A DNA stretch of 64,000 nt from an uncultured Chthonomonadaceae bacterium. Lineage in GTDB: Bacteria; Armatimonadota; Chthonomonadetes; Chthonomonadales; Chthonomonadaceae. The position numbers were made by a program, and so were the translations under genes. The stretch spans positions 1,568,001-1,632,000 of the forward strand of contig CAWFQB010000001.1 in NCBI GenBank assembly GCA_963817895.1, written 5' to 3'. Below, one piece after another: positions 61,520 through 64,000 of this stretch (within the stretch, counting starts at the first letter, position 1; each line of letters starts with the position of its first letter). Under the pieces are notes generated by a model. It was given only the letters and a program-made list of their open reading frames with translations, ran no database searches and was not told where the DNA came from.

Positions 61520-62503
61520 ATGCTGTACATTACAGAAGCAAGAGGCTGCAAAGAACGCATTATGTCCTGTCAACACCGAACACCGAATACCGGGCGCTCA
61601 CTTGTGAACAAACACCTGAACACCCGAATACCTGAACACCTGAATACCGCTTTCACCCTGATTGAATTGCTCGTCGTAATCGCCATTATTTCCATACTCG
61701 CGGCCATTCTGTTTCCCGTCTTCGCGCAGGCGCGTAGTTCGGCCCGCAACACGCAGGACATGTCCAACATCCGGCAAGTCGGGCTGACCGCCACGATGTA
61801 CGCGCAGGATTATGACGAGCAGTGGGTTCCGGTCGGGTCGTGGAATGATCCGAGCGTCACGCCTTACACCAACCCTAAAGCGCCCGCGCCCGGTATACCC
61901 TGGCAGGGATGGGGATTGCGCCTGCTGCCGTATGCCAAAAACAAACAGATTTTTCACTCGCCCTGGATGCCCGACAAAGCCAACTGGTTCACGGATGCCT
62001 GCGCCACGTCCAACGGCGAACTGCTCACCAATACCTATCAGATGAACTGGTTTTTAGGCTGCGACGGCAGTTACCCGTTCGATTTCGACCCGGACACGTA
62101 CACGCACACGCCTAACGGCAAGGTTTTGGATACGCCCGCAATTCTGGCGCAAATCAATCAGCCTTCAAGCACCGTCGCGTTTACGCTCAATCAGGCGACT
62201 TCCGCCTTTGGCAACAGTTTCGGCTGCGACTGGAACACGCTGGAGTCGTCGGACTTCGATAATAAACTGCGCTGGCGGGCCGTCTTCCGCAAGGGCGGCA
62301 ACCTGGCGTTTGTGGACGGTCATGCCAAATTTACTATCGCGCGGGAGGCCGACAGCGCGGGCGAAGATTTCCCCGCCTGTCAGGGTGGTCCAAGCCACAC
62401 CATCTACAACTGGTCGGCGCGTAATCTATGGATGTACCCGGCCATGCCCGACGACAACGGCGGCTACGGCGATGGCCCCATGCCGCTGCCCTGCGCTCAA
62501 TAG
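61520..62503 (+). CDS. prepilin-type N-terminal cleavage/methylation domain protein (DUF1559)
   Basis: AFTLIELLVVIAIISILAAILFPVFAQAR, MYAQDYDE, NLAFVDGHAK; start uncertain (61520/61562/61604); leader is repeat-encoded. Confidence 0.92.
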   Translation: MLYITEARGCKERIMSCQHRTPNTGRSLVNKHLNTRIPEHLNTAFTLIELLVVIAIISILAAILFPVFAQARSSARNTQDMSNIRQVGLTATMYAQDYDEQWVPVGSWNDPSVTPYTNPKAPAPGIPWQGWGLRLLPYAKNKQIFHSPWMPDKANWFTDACATSNGELLTNTYQMNWFLGCDGSYPFDFDPDTYTHTPNGKVLDTPAILAQINQPSSTVAFTLNQATSAFGNSFGCDWNTLESSDFDNKLRWRAVFRKGGNLAFVDGHAKFTIAREADSAGEDFPACQGGPSHTIYNWSARNLWMYPAMPDDNGGYGDGPMPLPCAQ

Positions 62504-62505
62504 GA

Positions 62506-62626
62506 AGGTATCAGGTATCAGGTGTCAGGTGTCAGAAAAACACGCGCTTACTTCAGCCCTGTTCGGAATAGAGTACGAGGGAAATGAGGCATTTGCCTGA
62601 CACCTGACACCTGATACCTGACACCT
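62506..62626. repeat. inverted pair of AGGTRTC heptamer arrays
   Basis: 62506-62535 vs 62596-62626. Confidence 0.88.
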
Positions 62627-62637
62627 TTGTAACCACT

Positions 62638-63297
62638 ATGCACTCACTTCTTAACGAATTTTGGCAACAACTCATCACGATGGACAAGAAAGAGGTAATC
62701 GCCGCGACTACTGGCCTTATCTCCGTAATGCTTGCCGCGCGTAACAACATCTGGACATGGCCCTGGGGCATTGTGTCCGTCGTGTTGTATGCCCTCGTGT
62801 TTCGAGATGGCAAGCTGTTCGCCAATGCCGGATTGCAGATATTCTGCTTTCTGCCGCTCTCCTTTTATGCGTGGTGGGCCTGGCTGCGCTGCGGTCCCAA
62901 TCGCAAGGATGACCTGCCTATTATGCCGCTTTCCATGCGCTGGCGATGGATATGGGCAGGCATTACAGTTGCATTGAGCGTTGTGCTTGTCGCCGCCATG
63001 AAAATGCCCGCATGGGCCGACCCCAACCCCTATGCGGACGGCATTACAACCGCATTGAGCATCGTCGCGCAGTGTCTGCAAACCCGAAAGATTATTGAAA
63101 ACTGGCCTCTCTGGATTGCCGCCGATGTGGTTTACACGCTTTATCTGTTCCCTGTCAATCACTACTACACAAGCACCGTGTTGTATTTAATCTTTCTCAT
63201 TCTGGCAGTGATGGGTTGGCGGGGATGGCTACGCATTATGCGCGAACAGGAGAATCCACTGGAAGCGCCAATCGTGAGGAGTGAAACCACCGTATGA
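62638..63297 (+). CDS. pnuC: nicotinamide riboside transporter PnuC family
   Basis: NIWTWPWGIV, PYADGITTALSIVAQ, RKIIENWPLWIAADV. Confidence 0.9.
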   Translation: MHSLLNEFWQQLITMDKKEVIAATTGLISVMLAARNNIWTWPWGIVSVVLYALVFRDGKLFANAGLQIFCFLPLSFYAWWAWLRCGPNRKDDLPIMPLSMRWRWIWAGITVALSVVLVAAMKMPAWADPNPYADGITTALSIVAQCLQTRKIIENWPLWIAADVVYTLYLFPVNHYYTSTVLYLIFLILAVMGWRGWLRIMREQENPLEAPIVRSETTV

Positions 63298-63677
63298 TTG
63301 AGCGATTGGATCATCTGGTATTAACGGTACGCGATGTGGGAGCAACCTGCGCGTTCTACTCCGAAGTGTTAGGCATGGAGGTTATCACGTTCGGCGAGGG
63401 GCGCAAAGCGTTGCGCTTCGGGCAACAGAAAATCAATCTGCATGAGGTGGGGCGTGAATTCGAGCCGAAAGCCATGCAGCCGACGCCCGGTTCCGCCGAC
63501 CTGTGCTTTCTTGCTTCTATCCCTCTTACTGAAGTGGAAGCGCGTCTGCGTTCGCATAAGATTGATATACTGGAAGGCCCTGTTCTGCGGACGGGCGCGA
63601 TTGGCCCAATAGAATCTCTTTATTTCCGCGACCCTGACGGCAATTTGCTTGAAGTGAGCAGGATGGTAAATAGGTAA
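63294..63677 (+). CDS. VOC / glyoxalase family protein
   Basis: LDHLVLTV, FGQQKINLH, GSADLCF, SLYFRDPDGNLLEV. Confidence 0.92.
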   Translation: MIERLDHLVLTVRDVGATCAFYSEVLGMEVITFGEGRKALRFGQQKINLHEVGREFEPKAMQPTPGSADLCFLASIPLTEVEARLRSHKIDILEGPVLRTGAIGPIESLYFRDPDGNLLEVSRMVNR

Positions 63678-63685
63678 ACAAGCAA

Positions 63686-64000
63686 ATGGCGGAGGGGATG
63701 CGGGGCAAAATCTGCCTGATTACGGGCGGCACGGGCGGCATCGGCAGACAGACCGGTTTGGAACTGGCGAAACGTGGGGCAACCGTTGTTCTCGTGGGGC
63801 GCAGTGAAGAACGGGGCGCGGCGGCAGTGGAAGCGATACGGGAGCAGACGGGCAACCCTGCCATCGCGTTTCTGCGATATGACCTTTCCATGCTGGCAAA
63901 CGTTCGCGCGTTGGCGGCAGATTTTTCCCATCGCTATGACCGCCTTGATGTGCTGATCAACAACGCGGGCGTCGTGAAAAAGCAATGCGAAATCACGACG
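63686..64000 (+). CDS. SDR oxidoreductase (retinol dehydrogenase-like), runs off the window
   Basis: ITGGTGGIG, DLS, RLDVLINNAG. Confidence 0.9.
   Translation, partial: MAEGMRGKICLITGGTGGIGRQTGLELAKRGATVVLVGRSEERGAAAVEAIREQTGNPAIAFLRYDLSMLANVRALAADFSHRYDRLDVLINNAGVVKKQCEITT

Overview
GC-rich bacterial chromosomal segment, probably Armatimonadota or a similar soil lineage (inferred from the two DUF1559/H-X9-DG-type proteins and overall gene content). About 55 genes. Core genes include folD, an unusually long nusB, cobA-hemD, hemB, an ABC-F ATPase, an M29 aminopeptidase, HtrA, a sugar ABC transporter, GH27/GH63/GT4 enzymes, a DprE1/DprE2-like pair and pnuC. They are interleaved with small accessory cassettes: YefM/YoeB, XisH/XisI, an AT-rich zinc-ribbon/wHTH + HEPN/wHTH gene pair, a HEPN gene split by a complete IS701-like element, an orphan DUF2281, a DUF1016 gene inside an ABC operon, immunity-like genes and VapBC. 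Many ordinary genes, including folD, switch reading frame, which points to assembly indel errors rather than pseudogenes. I saw no rRNA, tRNA or CRISPR array. The most striking signals are four. (1) More than 20 loci of 7-10 bp tandem-repeat arrays, often as locus-specific inverted pairs with a fixed polarity, entering coding sequences and in one case bracketing the xisHI cassette. (2) The candidate two-gene HEPN defence module at 33.7-35.9 kb. (3) An alpha/beta-hydrolase::DUF2156 fusion. (4) A NusB of about 530 codons. All family calls come from motif recognition by eye, not database searches.
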